64,000 bases of DNA, from assembly GCA_024704765.1 (NCBI GenBank), contig JAKMXF010000222.1, positions 558,001 to 622,000 on the forward strand. Reading direction: 5' to 3'. The position numbers and the translations under genes were made by a program. This stretch comes from Oopsacas minuta. Lineage: Eukaryota > Animalia > Porifera. Shown here piece after piece: positions 1 to 13,100 of this stretch (its first letter is position 1; each line of letters starts with the position of its first letter). Below the pieces are notes generated by a model. The model worked only from the letters and a program-made list of their open reading frames with translations, was not told the origin of the DNA and searched no databases.

Positions 1-89
1 GCAATTCGAAAAGTACAAGAGATAAACTAATGATATTTGTTGTGTAGGTAAATAATATGCGTCTAAATAAATATAAAATAATTTTATTA

Positions 90-2500
90 GAAAATACTTG
101 TGGTTTAATAACAAACGACAAAACTTTTCGAGTGCCCTTCGCACATTGTGTCATACTGTTAAAATCTTATTTTGCACCCAAATTTGCCTACCGGGCGTGA
201 TGGACCTAGTGATGATGTTAAGAAAGCAGCTGAGACAGGGGATAATTCTCGAAAGGTAAGATATTGAGTAGTGGTTCCCAACCTTTTTCACAGTCACCCC
301 CTGTTGTTGTTCATTGGTGATGGGACTTCAGGTTGGGAACCCCTGATATAGCCTAAATTTTTATAGATGGAATTGGTAATTGTGGGGAGCACTTATTACA
401 CGGATTTTTTGGGGGCAATATTTCAAAAAAATAATTTTCACTATTTTTTATTCTTAATCGCCAATTTACATAACTTCATTCTCTCCATAGCAACAAATAG
501 TTGAAGAACAATTCTACCAAAACGTGAACTTAGATGTACCACCTCCTCCAATCTCAGATAAGAAGATACCAGTAAAGAAGATAAGCGACAAATGACTGCA
601 CCCAGACTTAAAACAGAGAGAGCAGCTCATGTAGTTCTACCAAAACCAGAACGTACTGAAAGTACGCTCATTAAAACTCAAAGTACCCCAATGCCACAGC
701 CTATACCGAAACGGAAACTTACTGCAGAGCCTCAAGTTGTAACTACAACGGGTAATTAGTATATTATATGTGGTAGCATAAATTAAGAATTTACTATTGA
801 TAAAATTTTCCGATTCCTTGGTGATAGTATCATGGCAGTAGTATTATGCTAGGTTTTACATAGAACTTTCTTATCCAAACACCAGAGTCAGTAAGTTCTA
901 CAGCTATTGCTTGTCTTTGTGGATTAAAACTAGTGACTGTTGTTCAAGCGCTGATTCAAAAGCTTATTCAGTGTTGTCTAAAAATAAGCCAACATCCTAC
1001 CTATAGCTAATATATTTGATAACATCCTGGCGACAAAATTCGAAAAAAATTTCGTTGAAATTCACCCATTTTGCAATTTAGAAAGAAAAGTTTATAGCAA
1101 TGTTTCGATTTTTGGCCTTAAAAATCCTAGTTGGGTGCAAAAATTTGATGAATTAAATTCAAATTATATACAGACAGTATTCAAGTTTCCAAAACTTGGA
1201 AAATACCAGCGGACGCCAGTATTGTACCCAGTTTGTGAAATTCATTTATCAATGAGCCCAATTTCAGTGACAAATATTAACAATAAATTACTAATAAAAT
1301 GTGTGATTTATGATGTAAATAAGGCGCTGAAATTTCGGGAAATGGTTAAAAAGTGGTAAAATTTAGTGTTCCTTTTTGTTATGAATGAAACATTTCGGCG
1401 TAATCGGTTATGCCTCCAATGTTCGCGAATTGAACCTATTTAGGATAAAAATCCAAGGAATCATTGAGACTATGCTTAATCAAACGGCTATCCTTCAACT
1501 AGTTTTACCGCTATTATGCAATGACGTTAGTAATTATACAACCTGAGAATTTCTCCCCTTTCTATCCAATTGATTCTAGGATGTTTCAATTTGTTCATTT
1601 ACTTCATAATCAGATAAATCCAAGTTCTACGATAACTTATTGGAAGAAAGATTATACAATTTATACCTTGGACATTAAAATATTATTAATTTTTCAGTAT
1701 CTATTTATGAATTAATCGAAAACCCCATGAAAATGGGGTCAGGAATTGATAATATATCAAATCTGCTGAATATTTAGGCATTAGAGATGAATAAAGGACA
1801 CTATTCCAAGGAAATACGAAAATCACAAATTGCAAACATTTTGATGATGGAATTTTTCAATTATGATTTCATGATTTGAATTGGGCCTATAGGAGATGAA
1901 GAATGGTCGTATATACTATTTAGTAGTCTTTATTGATTTCTTATATTTTTTGCCATAAGAGGGTTCTATTCGCAAACATTGAAGGCTTAATTTATACTAA
2001 AATGGTATATATAGCGTCAAACCTGATTAACGTCAACCTCTGTATCATGATCACCTGCACATAGCGGCCACCTAAAAACAGTCTCCTCCGATTTCCCATT
2101 ATATTGACCTCTCTTTAGCGGCCACATGCTCAACGCTTCTAGCAGCCACCAATTTATCCTTTACTGGTGCTAAACCTGTCTATAACGGCCACTACTTCTA
2201 TATTACGACCAGTTCCTTTATCTAACTGCCACTTTATATAGTGGTCTCCTCCTATAAAGTCAACCTTTGACAAGTCCCTTGGGAGACCATCATTAACTAC
2301 TTCCACTATATTATCTTAAATATCGGTCACTTATCTTAATGACAACTCCTCTATAGAGGCCAGCTGTATATAACGGCCACTTTTGGCCAGTTCCTTCGGT
2401 GGCCGTTATAGACAAGTTTGATTGTATTTGTGTTCACTCTTCTGTCCACACCTTCGTGATTAAGATTTTGTGTATATTTTCAGACCAGTTTGGTGATTAA
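90..2500 (+). CDS. Probable 3' exons of an unidentified spliced gene entering from the left edge (exons ~90-255, 491-751, 2484-2500)
   Basis: Donor AAG|gtaag at 255/256 and acceptor ccatag|CAA at 490/491 are phase-matched. Donor G|gtaatt at 751/752 and acceptor tttcag|AC at 2483/2484 give ..VTTT-DQFGD*, followed by AATAAA at ~2526. Exon 491-751 is Pro/Lys/Thr-rich but needs a frame correction at the AAA run near 590-592. The frame of the first exon is also ambiguous. Confidence 0.4.
2010..2426. mobile_element. Degenerate TA-flanked MITE (Tc1/mariner-pogo type)
   Basis: The ends tatagcgtcaaacctg and caagtttgattgta are imperfect inverted copies. Internal repeats of tataacggccac/gcggccac units. 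Confidence 0.45.
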
Positions 2501-3577
2501 TCATATTTTCATACATTTCTATGCAAATAAAAATCTGTAAATATTACATTAGTAAAGACTTGCTCTCAACATATATTTAGGGTAATTAAGTATGCTGAAT
2601 CCGAATTTCGCATTTTCAATTCCCATATGTAAATTTATTGTGGTTTTAGGGATAGAAAGTAAACAAATAATGGAAATCCTGAATCATTCCTAGAGGCTTG
2701 CTCTCAACAGATAAATAAGGGTAGCAAAATATACTGAATCCGGTGACCTAAGGGCACCACAGAAGATGATCTGAGGTTTTTCTTTATGAAATTTATAAAC
2801 TGGACTTATATTTTTACTACGGTTTGGCAACATGTATGGCGGTATTAAGGAGTAGAATATGGTACGAATTAGTGAAAGTTTTAATTAGCGTATTCGAAAT
2901 AACGGTTGTCGACAGATATTGCGAAATTCGATTCTAATAGCATACCTTAAATCCTATCATTGAGAACGAACAAACAGATAAACATAAACAATTAGACAAA
3001 TTAACAAATAATCACCTATTGACATTTTTGTCCTTTATTTTGCGGACAGGCAGCAATAAAAAGAGACATATGGTCACCCTGAGTATGAAGCCTCAGTCGC
3101 CTCTAGTTTCCATTGCTAGATGGGTACTAAGTTACTTCGACTCACTTCCTAACTTGATAGGCTTGAGTCTAAAAATTTCCATATTTTGTTTTTATTTCTC
3201 TTTCCAGCACTAATTTCCTCATTTTCATTCATCTATTTCTTCAATTTCATCATCTATGACACAAATATATATCAGTGAGTTCTCTTATAATCGAATTGTA
3301 GATTTCACCCGTGGACGTGTATATCAGGATTTGGGATTTTGATATAAGCCACAAATAGAAGGCTTAATCGGGTCGTCTTCTCAGAGCCGAGCCGAGCCGA
3401 ACCAGAATCTGAACACCGGAAATGTGGCTATGTTGCAGACTATTATATTCGAACCAGAACCCATTATAATGAACGATTCATGAGACACAAGAATTTACAT
3501 TTATATTTGTACTGTTACATGTCAATAAAATAATAATGATAATGTAGCTAATACTTTCTTGATTGTAATCCAATTTT

Positions 3578-4876
3578 TCACATAATTAGCCCAATCGCGC
3601 TATCATCTATTTTGAATTGAGAATATTGTAACGGTGCGGGTGCATACTTTCTCCTGAATACTATTGCCATTGCTGTAAGGATAATCGCTATACAAACTAA
3701 TGAGATAAGGAACACACACAATAATATTGTTATTGTATATATTAGTTTGATATTCTCTGTGGAATATGTTTCTATTTCACACTCATTCTCCCATTCCTCC
3801 TGACTAACTGTCACATCTGCTGTCAACTGTCTCAAATTCTCTACTGAGCATTTGTAGCCACAGTTTGGTACATAGAGAGGATATGGAGCGGAATCAGAAT
3901 TATTTTTGTATAGGAACTGCATGAACCAGTCCGTGTCTTCGTGAATTAATTCTGCGATAAGAACTGTTGCATATGGGGGTTGTAGTTGATTCCAAATACT
4001 GAACCCATTGGTTACGCTTACGAGCGTAGAATCATGAGCTGAATAGAAGTATGCCTTTATTGTGGGTGTATTCCCATTAATCTTATCATTGATTTTAGTC
4101 CAAAAATCTGACAAAAATCTTCCTCCTGACAACCGAACCTTCTCTCTGGTATCTACATATCTTCTCCAATACCAATTTTGTATTTCAAGTAGAGTATCAT
4201 AATTTTCAATGGCCCATAAAGGTAGAGAGAGATTGTGCTGTTTATCGCAGAAGATAGTGTCTATGTATGATTCAATATTGCTAAGAGTAACAACTGTGTT
4301 TTGTGCATCAGATATGGTCTGCAACACATCGCCATACTTCTTACCCATATCAATGTATTCTTTAGTATACTTGTACTCATCTACTAGTTTCTTGTACTTT
4401 GGACAGTACACACTTTGGCCCCTAAGGACATTATCTCTATCTTTAGCTACTTCGTGTACGGGAATTGGTTGCCATGCAATAGACGAGTCGAATATCTGAC
4501 CTCCAGAAGGAGGAAATATTCCAGATAATTGGGACAGTGCAGACATTATCGTACGGTCGACGTCGGTACTACGTACATATAATTGATTACGTGTATAATT
4601 AGAGGAAATGATTTCAGGTGTGTATGTTTGTTTAATAAACAATCCCAGTGTGTGTTGTTGACGCATTCCAACTGTAGTCAGCTGACCTGGTCCCTGCTCC
4701 CAAAAGCTGAGATGCTTGTATCCTTTGTAAGGAATATATGGACTCCTATCTCCATGTCTGAACACAAATAGTACCAGTTTGGTATTGGATTGACTTGCGA
4801 AGACAAAGGAAACTGTACAGATGCAAAATACACTGAGTAAGTTTAGCGAGTTTAGCGAGAATATGCTGATGGCCAT
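3578..4876 (-). CDS. ACP2: Lysosomal-type histidine acid phosphatase (ACP2/ACPP family), 432 aa, intronless
   Basis: N-terminal signal peptide, RHGDRSP catalytic motif, RSTDVDRT, SAHDST (HD motif), C-terminal TM helix and a cytosolic tail with YxxPhi (YSQF). Confidence 0.9.
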   Translation of the reverse strand: MAISIFSLNSLNLLSVFCICTVSFVFASQSNTKLVLFVFRHGDRSPYIPYKGYKHLSFWEQGPGQLTTVGMRQQHTLGLFIKQTYTPEIISSNYTRNQLYVRSTDVDRTIMSALSQLSGIFPPSGGQIFDSSIAWQPIPVHEVAKDRDNVLRGQSVYCPKYKKLVDEYKYTKEYIDMGKKYGDVLQTISDAQNTVVTLSNIESYIDTIFCDKQHNLSLPLWAIENYDTLLEIQNWYWRRYVDTREKVRLSGGRFLSDFWTKINDKINGNTPTIKAYFYSAHDSTLVSVTNGFSIWNQLQPPYATVLIAELIHEDTDWFMQFLYKNNSDSAPYPLYVPNCGYKCSVENLRQLTADVTVSQEEWENECEIETYSTENIKLIYTITILLCVFLISLVCIAIILTAMAIVFRRKYAPAPLQYSQFKIDDSAIGLIM

Positions 4877-6780
4877 ATATGGAAATTGAACCTCTTGTCT
4901 ACATACAATTATAAGAATGCAGTTAACCTATTAAGTTTATTACAGAACTTTTACATTCTATTGTTAATTAGACATTATTTTCTAAATTAACTACAACAAA
5001 AAATTACATCAGACAAATTAAATAGAAAATTTGGTTTAACATACTTAGTTCCCAAACTTATATTATTATATTTGGAAGACTTGAAGTTTCGACGGTTATT
5101 AGAATGTTTTCTATATCTGTTTTAACTTTATGTTATATCTTGAATCAGTATACCTGGTTTACTAAATAGCCGTTAAGAACTTCCAGGATATTTTGAAGTT
5201 TGAATAATATACTTTACATGACACTCATAAAACAAAAAATAATTTGAGAAATGTCATTTTGAATAAAAAGTTCAAACACACTTATCTTAAATGGAAGAAT
5301 ATTTATTATCGTATATCATCATATGTATAAGCTTAAAGTGTCGAAATGTTACATAACGCATCATTCCCGATAATTCTTAATCAGTCCTATATCTGTCACC
5401 CTTTTTTACTATCTTTATACAAAAAGAATGGCGCTGTAACGTTTTGCTCACAATCCACTCTCCTTCGTTGCGTTACGTATCGTCCTCGGAACAGCCCTAA
5501 TACTTATCTTTGGATTATAGAATGAAACTGATAGTAAGAAAATCTCACATTCTTTCCAATTTGAGTATGAAAAAATAGTAAGAAAAACCCATAAGTAAGA
5601 ATAACCGAGTTAGAAAACCCCCTTTTGACTGTATATCTATATGCTATTAATATTTGGTAAATTATCATTTATATTATGTATGTTATCCATTTATATAATG
5701 AAGGTGGCCAACTGTATTCTACTACAATCCAGATTCGTCATGTGGTAGCATACTTCATTACCCATGTCATTTTCTTGAACTTCTCTCATTCATAATTCAG
5801 AATTGAAAAGTCACATTTTCTATTCTACCAATCATCAGTTATAAGCTCAGAATCTATATACTCAAAATTTGTATTCCTAATTCCATCTCTTGCTATTGTT
5901 CCAATAAACACAACTGCAATCATTGTTAGAATTCATGTTTTCATCATTTGTTAGAGTCTAATATTCGTAAATCACTCAAATGAATCGGTCAATATAAAAT
6001 ATGTAATATCCCTTACTCCTAGTATGTTAGACTTACAGTTTATGTAATTCTTGTTGCATATACCTAATTAAATTTCTAGCAGTCACATATTATTCTTATC
6101 CTATGATTATCAATACCATAAATGATAAATCCTTTATTGACAATTGACTAAGAGGCAACAATTGCACTTTAATAATAATAGATTACTAGATTCACTAATT
6201 CCACAATTGAGATTTAATTTGATGCTGCAAGTGCACAACCCCCAAGCAATTTACATATAATCAGAAATTCAATGCACAACTACAATTAGATCAAAGTAGA
6301 ATCGTATGTTGAACAATAACTCAATGCCAAACGCACGCATGCAATTCCACGACAAAAGTAATTAGATAAAAGTTTCCACTCCATCAATAACCCTTGAAAT
6401 AAAAGGTGGACTTGAAGTTCTGACAAGAGCCCCGACCAAGATAGACAGTAACGTAAGCCAAAATTGCAGACAAATATCTTAATTCGTAATGGGTAGTAAA
6501 ATGCACAAACACAATGAATTAACGCTAGTTCTTTCACTAATTCGATAAAATCTTTCTAACAAAATAGCATTCCTATACTTGAGTATTCATACCTTTGTCG
6601 AGGAATTGCATATTTTTGTAGAGGAAATGCATATAATCTTTGCCGAGGAATTACATGTTTTCTTGTCGAAAATTTGTAAATTATGAGTCAGTGTCGAGGA
6701 ATTGTAGCGCCCCACACCAAACAACGGCAAATAGTGAATCATTATATTTTTCATCAAATAGTCAATTTAGAGTCTTGAGC

Positions 6781-6930
6781 AAGTTTGCAACTGAATAGTT
6801 CAGTATTTGGTTAAAAACCGAATATCAGTATTCGGTATTCGGTATTCGGTTGGTCCAACCGAATATTATCAGTATTTGGTTAGGTTGCTATTCATGAATA
6901 CTGATATTCAGTTTGATCGGTTACAATCTT
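6781..6930. repeat. Dispersed MITE-like repeat built of ccgaata/tattcgg units
   Basis: Internally palindromic (aaccgaatat/tattcggtt). A related copy in opposite orientation lies at ~52390-52790. Confidence 0.55.
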
Positions 6931-7084
6931 GGTCTTGAGTAATATCATATTCCAAATATACATCATTGTTGTATAGGCATAAACTCATATTTGTGTAATT
7001 CCATAGTTGTATCAGTGCACATATTCGATTTAACATGGAGTATCTTATAGAATCATTATTACAAAACTCTAGTATAGTGAGTAA

Positions 7085-8071
7085 ATGATTGTTAATTTAG
7101 AAAAATGTATATATTTATTAATAATTCTAATAACAATTGAAACATTGTACATGTCATTGTATTATGTCAATCAATCTAGTATTGATGTTTTTAACAAAGA
7201 TTTAGATTGCTATAAATTAAGTAAAAAAATTTCAAATAGAAAAGTTTCTAAACCATTTTCAAATAGAAAAGTGCCATACCTTTTATATATTCAAATACTC
7301 AGTGCTCCACATAATTGGCTTCGAAGACAAGAAATACGAAACACATGGGGGTATACAGCCAGTCAATACCATTATGTTAAATACTCGTTTATAATTGGTG
7401 ACATTGGAGTAACAGAAGCAAACATGACTGCTGTTCAGGAGGAAACAGCTAAGTATGGAGATATCTTGATATTATCTGGTATAGAGGAGAAGTTTACTAA
7501 GCTATCTAGGAAAGTACTCAAAGGATTTGTATGGGCAGGAGAGCATATAGATGCAGCATATTATCTCAAAACTGATGATGATTGTTATGTTTTCATTGAA
7601 AACTTGTATAAAGCTCTCACAAATGTGAACATTCCAACAAATAAACTTCTAATGAGTTATATTTACCCAGTTGCTCGTATACAAACCTTTGGAAAGTGGG
7701 CTGAATTTGGTTATTTCTTGTGTCCAAATTATCTTCCTTACCCAGCAGGAGCGGGATATATCATAACCCAAGATGTCGTGAGATACTTAACAATTAATTC
7801 AGAGAGATTAATGCATTACAATAATGATGATACTGCTATAGGATCTTGGGTCGCTCCACTTAATATAGAATATCTTCACGATGAGAGAGTAAAAATACTC
7901 GAATGGAATAAAAGTCACGTATGCACTAGTTGGTTAAAACATGGTCTTAACCCCAAGACCATGAAGAAGATGCATTTTATGTGGTTGAAAACGAAAGAAT
8001 CCTGCAACTATTTGCGATTTCGTTACACACAAAAACAGTTGTATGGAGAACTTTCTACAAATCTTAATTAA
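7085..8071 (+). CDS. B3GALT6: Beta-1,3-galactosyltransferase (GT31), B3GALT6-like, copy 1, 328 aa, intronless
   Basis: Type II N-terminal TM, LSAP..RQEIRNTW, KL..KVLKGF.W, YYLKTDDD (DxD), GKWAE...C..YLPY..GAGY, DDTAIGSW.AP. The C-terminal half resembles B3GALT6 (RWRE..WQLCDYYLPYALGGGY..EDVSLGAWLAP). Confidence 0.8.
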   Translation: MIVNLEKCIYLLIILITIETLYMSLYYVNQSSIDVFNKDLDCYKLSKKISNRKVSKPFSNRKVPYLLYIQILSAPHNWLRRQEIRNTWGYTASQYHYVKYSFIIGDIGVTEANMTAVQEETAKYGDILILSGIEEKFTKLSRKVLKGFVWAGEHIDAAYYLKTDDDCYVFIENLYKALTNVNIPTNKLLMSYIYPVARIQTFGKWAEFGYFLCPNYLPYPAGAGYIITQDVVRYLTINSERLMHYNNDDTAIGSWVAPLNIEYLHDERVKILEWNKSHVCTSWLKHGLNPKTMKKMHFMWLKTKESCNYLRFRYTQKQLYGELSTNLN

Positions 8072-8609
8072 TATAGTTTATATTTCCATCACATATATTG
8101 AGTTTGTATATTCCCTCGATAGTTCTTTCGATCGTCATGTCATAAGTCAAAAGTTCTTGCCGAAGCCCAAATCTAAGAAGTTTATTCTTGATCTGGCAAC
8201 GCTGCTACCATGACATATTGTGTGCAGTGTGTGGGTTTGGTTTGTCCGAATAAGGTTTGGGAGTGGACAGCAGTCAGTGGCGGACTGACCCATCGGTCCA
8301 TCTGATTGCCCCTTCTAAAAAGAAATTTCCCTTGAATAGGGGTGACACTACAGGGTTATTTTGTTGTCCTGTTATCAATCAAACTAATATTAAATTATCG
8401 ATAGGATATATACTTCCCAAAATTTGTCAATCCTACCTATAGAGTTTGGACTAAGGGATATATTTCGCTGGACATTGGAGTATTCCTCTGAACGATTTTC
8501 TGGAGTTGTGAAACCATGGGAGTAAATTCCGGGGGCATATTGCATAGAAATAGCCTCCCCCTGATTGGGATCAGTTTACAGTTTACACCCTTAGGGAGTA
8601 TATTCAGAG

Positions 8610-8757
8610 TACAGTGCAACCTTGATTATCCGAACTTTTCGATAATCCGGACATGCCCCCTGGTCTCAGTTCCCATGTCACTATGAATACACGACCTTGA
8701 TTAGCCGAATGTTCTTGACCAATCCCAACGAGTTCTGATAATCTAGGTTGTACTGTA
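8610..8757. mobile_element. TA-flanked MITE (CAGT..ACTG termini)
   Basis: tacagtgcaaccttgattatc versus the reverse complement of gataatctaggttgtactgta: 19/21 match, including flanking TA. Confidence 0.75.
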
Positions 8758-8852
8758 CTTCTAAAGCAATTCTTTGGTATTTCTATAATATGACTACTTC
8801 CAACAGATATAACTAAAATTCACAATTTGTGACACTACAATTGTTATTTATT

Positions 8853-9100
8853 GAATGTTAGTCCGCTTTGCTTGCTCTCGCTGCGCAGCTCGCAAACACA
8901 GACCTGATAACCTTTTCTACACTTGTTGTTACAGACAAAGGCTCCAACATAGTCTCCGGATTGCAGGATTCTCCCAGGCTTGACTGTATATGTCATCGCA
9001 TACACACAGTTATTATCGATACCTACAAGGAAACTCTCTGTAAATATGTCAAACAAGCTACAGGAATACAAGAAACACTTCCTGTCTCAATTATGCATGG
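8853..9100 (+). pseudogene. hAT transposase fragment
   Basis: VVTDKGSNIVSG..RLDCICHRIHTVI matches the hAT second catalytic Asp (VTDNxxN) plus the CxxH motif. It is truncated by a CAGTGGCG-type MITE end at 9105. Confidence 0.6.
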
Positions 9101-10027
9101 AGGCCAGTGGCGTCGGAAGGATTAATTTTTGCCGCGGCCCATTGATTATATATTATCAAAAGTAAAATTTAGTTGTATTTCCTAATTTGGTAATTTGGAA
9201 TTGGAATATTAGAGTTCATAATGGAACTGTAAATACAAATACATGTTCTCCGGATAAGGCGTCTACGGTAGAATCATGTCTTACGCTGACCGACAGATGC
9301 TTGAAAACATTGGACAGCTGTCAAGGATGGTAATTTCGCTATTTTATTGTCATGAGTTTGGCTTACTGCTTCGGCTAGGCCTACTATCGGCCGATTCGTT
9401 ACATATGTGAATAGTGAATATACAGCGGACGCCAATTTTAGAATCTTACCCTCATCCCATCTTAGCCTATTATTGTAGGTCGTGATCTATGAGCCGGGAA
9501 ATCCCCCACATTCAGAGATGTTATAATCATGATTTTAGATATACCTCATCTTTCGTTATGGCTCAGCCTGTTTACAGGTGCGAGGCAGAGGTATATGTTA
9601 ATATTCGCGTTACACATAATATATACCCACACAAGGTAATGCTCCCCTTACCAGTCGTTCGCGCCTCGTTCGCGCCTCCCTCGCGCCCCTAGTAAAAGAG
9701 ACTGGCTACGCCCCTGCCTGTTTATCAATATTCAACTAATTACTTTTGAAATTTTATTATCTTCCAGGTTGCAACCGAAAGAATATTACTATGCCGAATG
9801 GACGATATTCTGTTCCAATTGAGCATCAGTATCCGGTAAAGCTGCAATTCATGAATAGTTGTATGAATTTCTTTGAAAAATTAGTTTTCAAATCAATAAT
9901 CTTCCGAGAAACAAGCCTAAACTATGCGAATATTTCGGCTGATTTCAGTGATACATATAAATTTGGTTTTATTCCCCAGCACAAATTGCAAGTTGCAAAG
10001 AATTGAATATTTTGCATACGAAATAAT

Positions 10028-10136
10028 CTATTGATGTATAATTAATATTATTGATGTATAATTAGTACTATTGATGTATAATTAGTACTATTGATGTATA
10101 ATTAGTACTATTGATGTATAATTAGTATTATTGATG
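10028..10136. repeat. Minisatellite, ~5.4 copies of a 20-bp unit (tattgatgtataattagtac)
   Basis: Directly visible 20-bp periodicity with few substitutions. Confidence 0.9.
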
Positions 10137-13100
10137 CTGAGATTGAATAAATAATGATACTTTCAAGATGAACAGTTAAAATATATACGTATTTGATCTA
10201 CACAAGAATCTTTGACAAGTGAAAAACAAACAAGTGCAAGGTAACTAATGTTTCGGAAATTATTGCAGCAACCATGGCCGCGGCAATCGAGGCGTTTCGG
10301 ACGCCCCTGGGAAGCAACACCCGCCCATGGACTTCTTTATACCGTCGCGCGCACAGCATCCACGAGAGTTATACCAAACTCTCGGAGAAGTTAGCTGAGA
10401 TGGTTAAATTTCCTGGGATACATTTAGCTCTAAGTATTCAAGAGGGAAACAAAATTACAGTTACCATAGTTGACAAGTCTCACGGATCCAAAGTGAGGCC
10501 ATGTATTTGAATTTTTAACAAAATCTCTTTTATTTCCATATCTCATTTCAAATTTTATGTAAAATTTAAGTTATTACAGTGATTATGACGAATTGAACAC
10601 TTTTGCCCTGTACCTTGCTAAGGTGTGAGGAATACCCCCACTCTTCGCTAAACTTGTCGGTAAACCCTAGTCTACTGGAGTGGTCTTTGCCTGGCTGCCA
10701 CAATTTACATAAACATGTTAATTTGGCTATATCCTGCTCAACAGTCCAAATTTCTACAAGCTCCATGTTAATAATAATAATAATGTATTACTAATCTGAG
10801 AAAGAATTTTCGCTATCCATTCTAGCAACACAAATTACATATGTATTCTAGTTGCACTATTTATGCTAATTGGGCTCTCATGGCTCACGCAATTTCCACA
10901 CACTCTGCTTCTCATAGACAGCAATGAAAAATGTAATATTTTGTGAGTCCTTATCCATCGGCTATTAAGATCAAGGTATCCATGCAGTTGCGGCGGAAGG
11001 AAAAATTATCTAGGGGGCTAACTTATGTAATTATGTCGATCGTTACTGGGTTGTTACCATCGGCCACAAAGCTAGATTTCACAATTACCTCACTCCATAA
11101 TTTTCACTTAAAAGCTACTTATCAGGTTAAGGCCACTGTTAATGAAAAAATTGTTCCACCTTTGTTCTATTCATCGAAACGAACATCTTAAAGCCGGAAT
11201 TTCTAAGAAAAACGAAAAATTATTTTTTGCTAATTTTATATTTATCGCTATGATAGATCTTTTCGGGATTATTCTATGATATAAATTTTAACGAGTGCGA
11301 AGTTGGCTGAATATTCGACCATCAGTACTCAACCATTAATTAGACTAACTTCCCATGGTCAGAATGTAAATATCTTTGGACCATTCGAAAGAAGAGATAT
11401 AGACGTTTCTGAAAATGAATTATATTTTATAAACTCTTATTTTTCTATTAGAAATTGGTGTATCTAACCAGCAGTAGTTCACATATGAATTCAGTATACT
11501 TAAACAAATTATATTTCCTGAAATCATGGGCATGTATTCCTGCTGTATGGACGTTATATGTTTAAAATATTATGTCTAATAGTCAAACCTTTTGAGATAT
11601 TTAGGTTTGAAAACTGTCTTGTTTGAGTCGAGTCTCTATTAGATTTGTACTAAACACACAAATTTAATGAAACATTCTAATCTATTCTAACTATAGTAAC
11701 GCATACAGATTACTGCAATATCAACTGCCTGATGTAATACGAAATGATTTGTGAATATATTTATAATTATATTTATTGGTGAATTGATATTCAGTTCAAT
11801 AAATACGAAAACATTTCACCAAAACCCACAGAATACATCAAATTATATGATTCTATGATCCTTACATAGTCTTGATTTGTAGTGTTACTAGTTGATGTAT
11901 TTAATTGTTGTGTATCTCACAAGTAGGCAGCAGAAGTTATGAAGCTCTACGAATTCACAATATTCTAGGTTAGATTATTTATCTTCACTTTTACTGTTAT
12001 CAATGTCTACTTCTATCGTTCTTACTTGTCCCTTTCATTGTTCATCGCTCGTAGGGCGTAAGATTATGCTTCAGAGATACGCTGTGTTGCAGAGCATTAA
12101 AGGATCGGTTCCAATTTTAGGGAGCGGGACATGGAGCACACTCCTATTTAATTGCAAACAATTTACAAATTCCATCATTATTCTGCTTCAAATTCAGTAT
12201 TTTTGCTATCTAAAGTGGATGCTGTGACACTTTTGTATAATTCACAATTTATTGAAATCGTTTGACGTTGTACATTTAACAATTTCCCGTATGTACAATG
12301 GTTAAATTCTATCTGATTACTTAAAATACAAATCTCATGTAATTCTGAAAGAATGAAAAGGAGAGCAATTGAAGTGGAGGCCGGAGTGCACTCCTTTCTG
12401 GGTAAGGAGTTGAGGTGGGCGCGCTGCTCCCTTTTCAGCGCAAGACCGCGCTCCAAAAAATTCGGAGTGCTTAATGCTCTGCTGTGTTGTTAGTACTTTC
12501 TTGCTAATGCACTTATCAATGATTGTCCCCACCTCCCCTAGTCAGGCCTATATTGGCCAAAAGGTGGAGATTTGATACGAAGACTTTCAAATTTCCCACT
12601 CTTAGGCCATTTAAATGTCAATTCCCCTGTCTTATCTCTTATGTAGGTTACTAGGGACAAAATAATCTTTACTTATGTAATGTTATAAGTCTAGATGTCA
12701 AATGCCCGCACACTTTGGGGTCAATTTCTCCATAAATCCTCATTTAATGCCAGCACACGACTGGAGGACCTGGAGACAACCATTGATAAGTGCATAACGA
12801 GTAAGCTAATAGAGGTAAATCTAGAAACTGCAGAGAAAGAAACAAATAACTTATATATAGCTCACCTAATCTAAGCACAGTTTTTTGTTTAGCTTTTCTA
12901 TCATTAAGATCAAGGCAAGGTCATTCTTTAAAGAAAGTCACAATTTCGAATGAGGGCATGGGGTTTTTGTATTACGAAAAACTGTACTATAGCTCAGCTA
13001 TATATATATATATATGGAATCAGACATAGAAATACATAAACGAGGGGTAGGACAGCAGGAGATACCTGAATCTGCTTAATTCATATATTTAAGTAGTGTA

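Noticed and set aside
4209-4771. Plus-strand ORFs antisense to the acid phosphatase, and similar short antisense ORFs over MOB2, B3GALT6, the maT elements and Rab
   Set aside because: These are shadow frames of real genes, with no motifs or independent splice or start signals.
5740-6540. Hydrophobic minus-strand frames suggesting a decayed membrane-protein gene
   Set aside because: There are stops in all frames and no identifiable family signature.
10028-10136. Regularly spaced repeats as a CRISPR-like array
   Set aside because: The units are head-to-tail with no unique spacers and the context is eukaryotic. It is an ordinary minisatellite.
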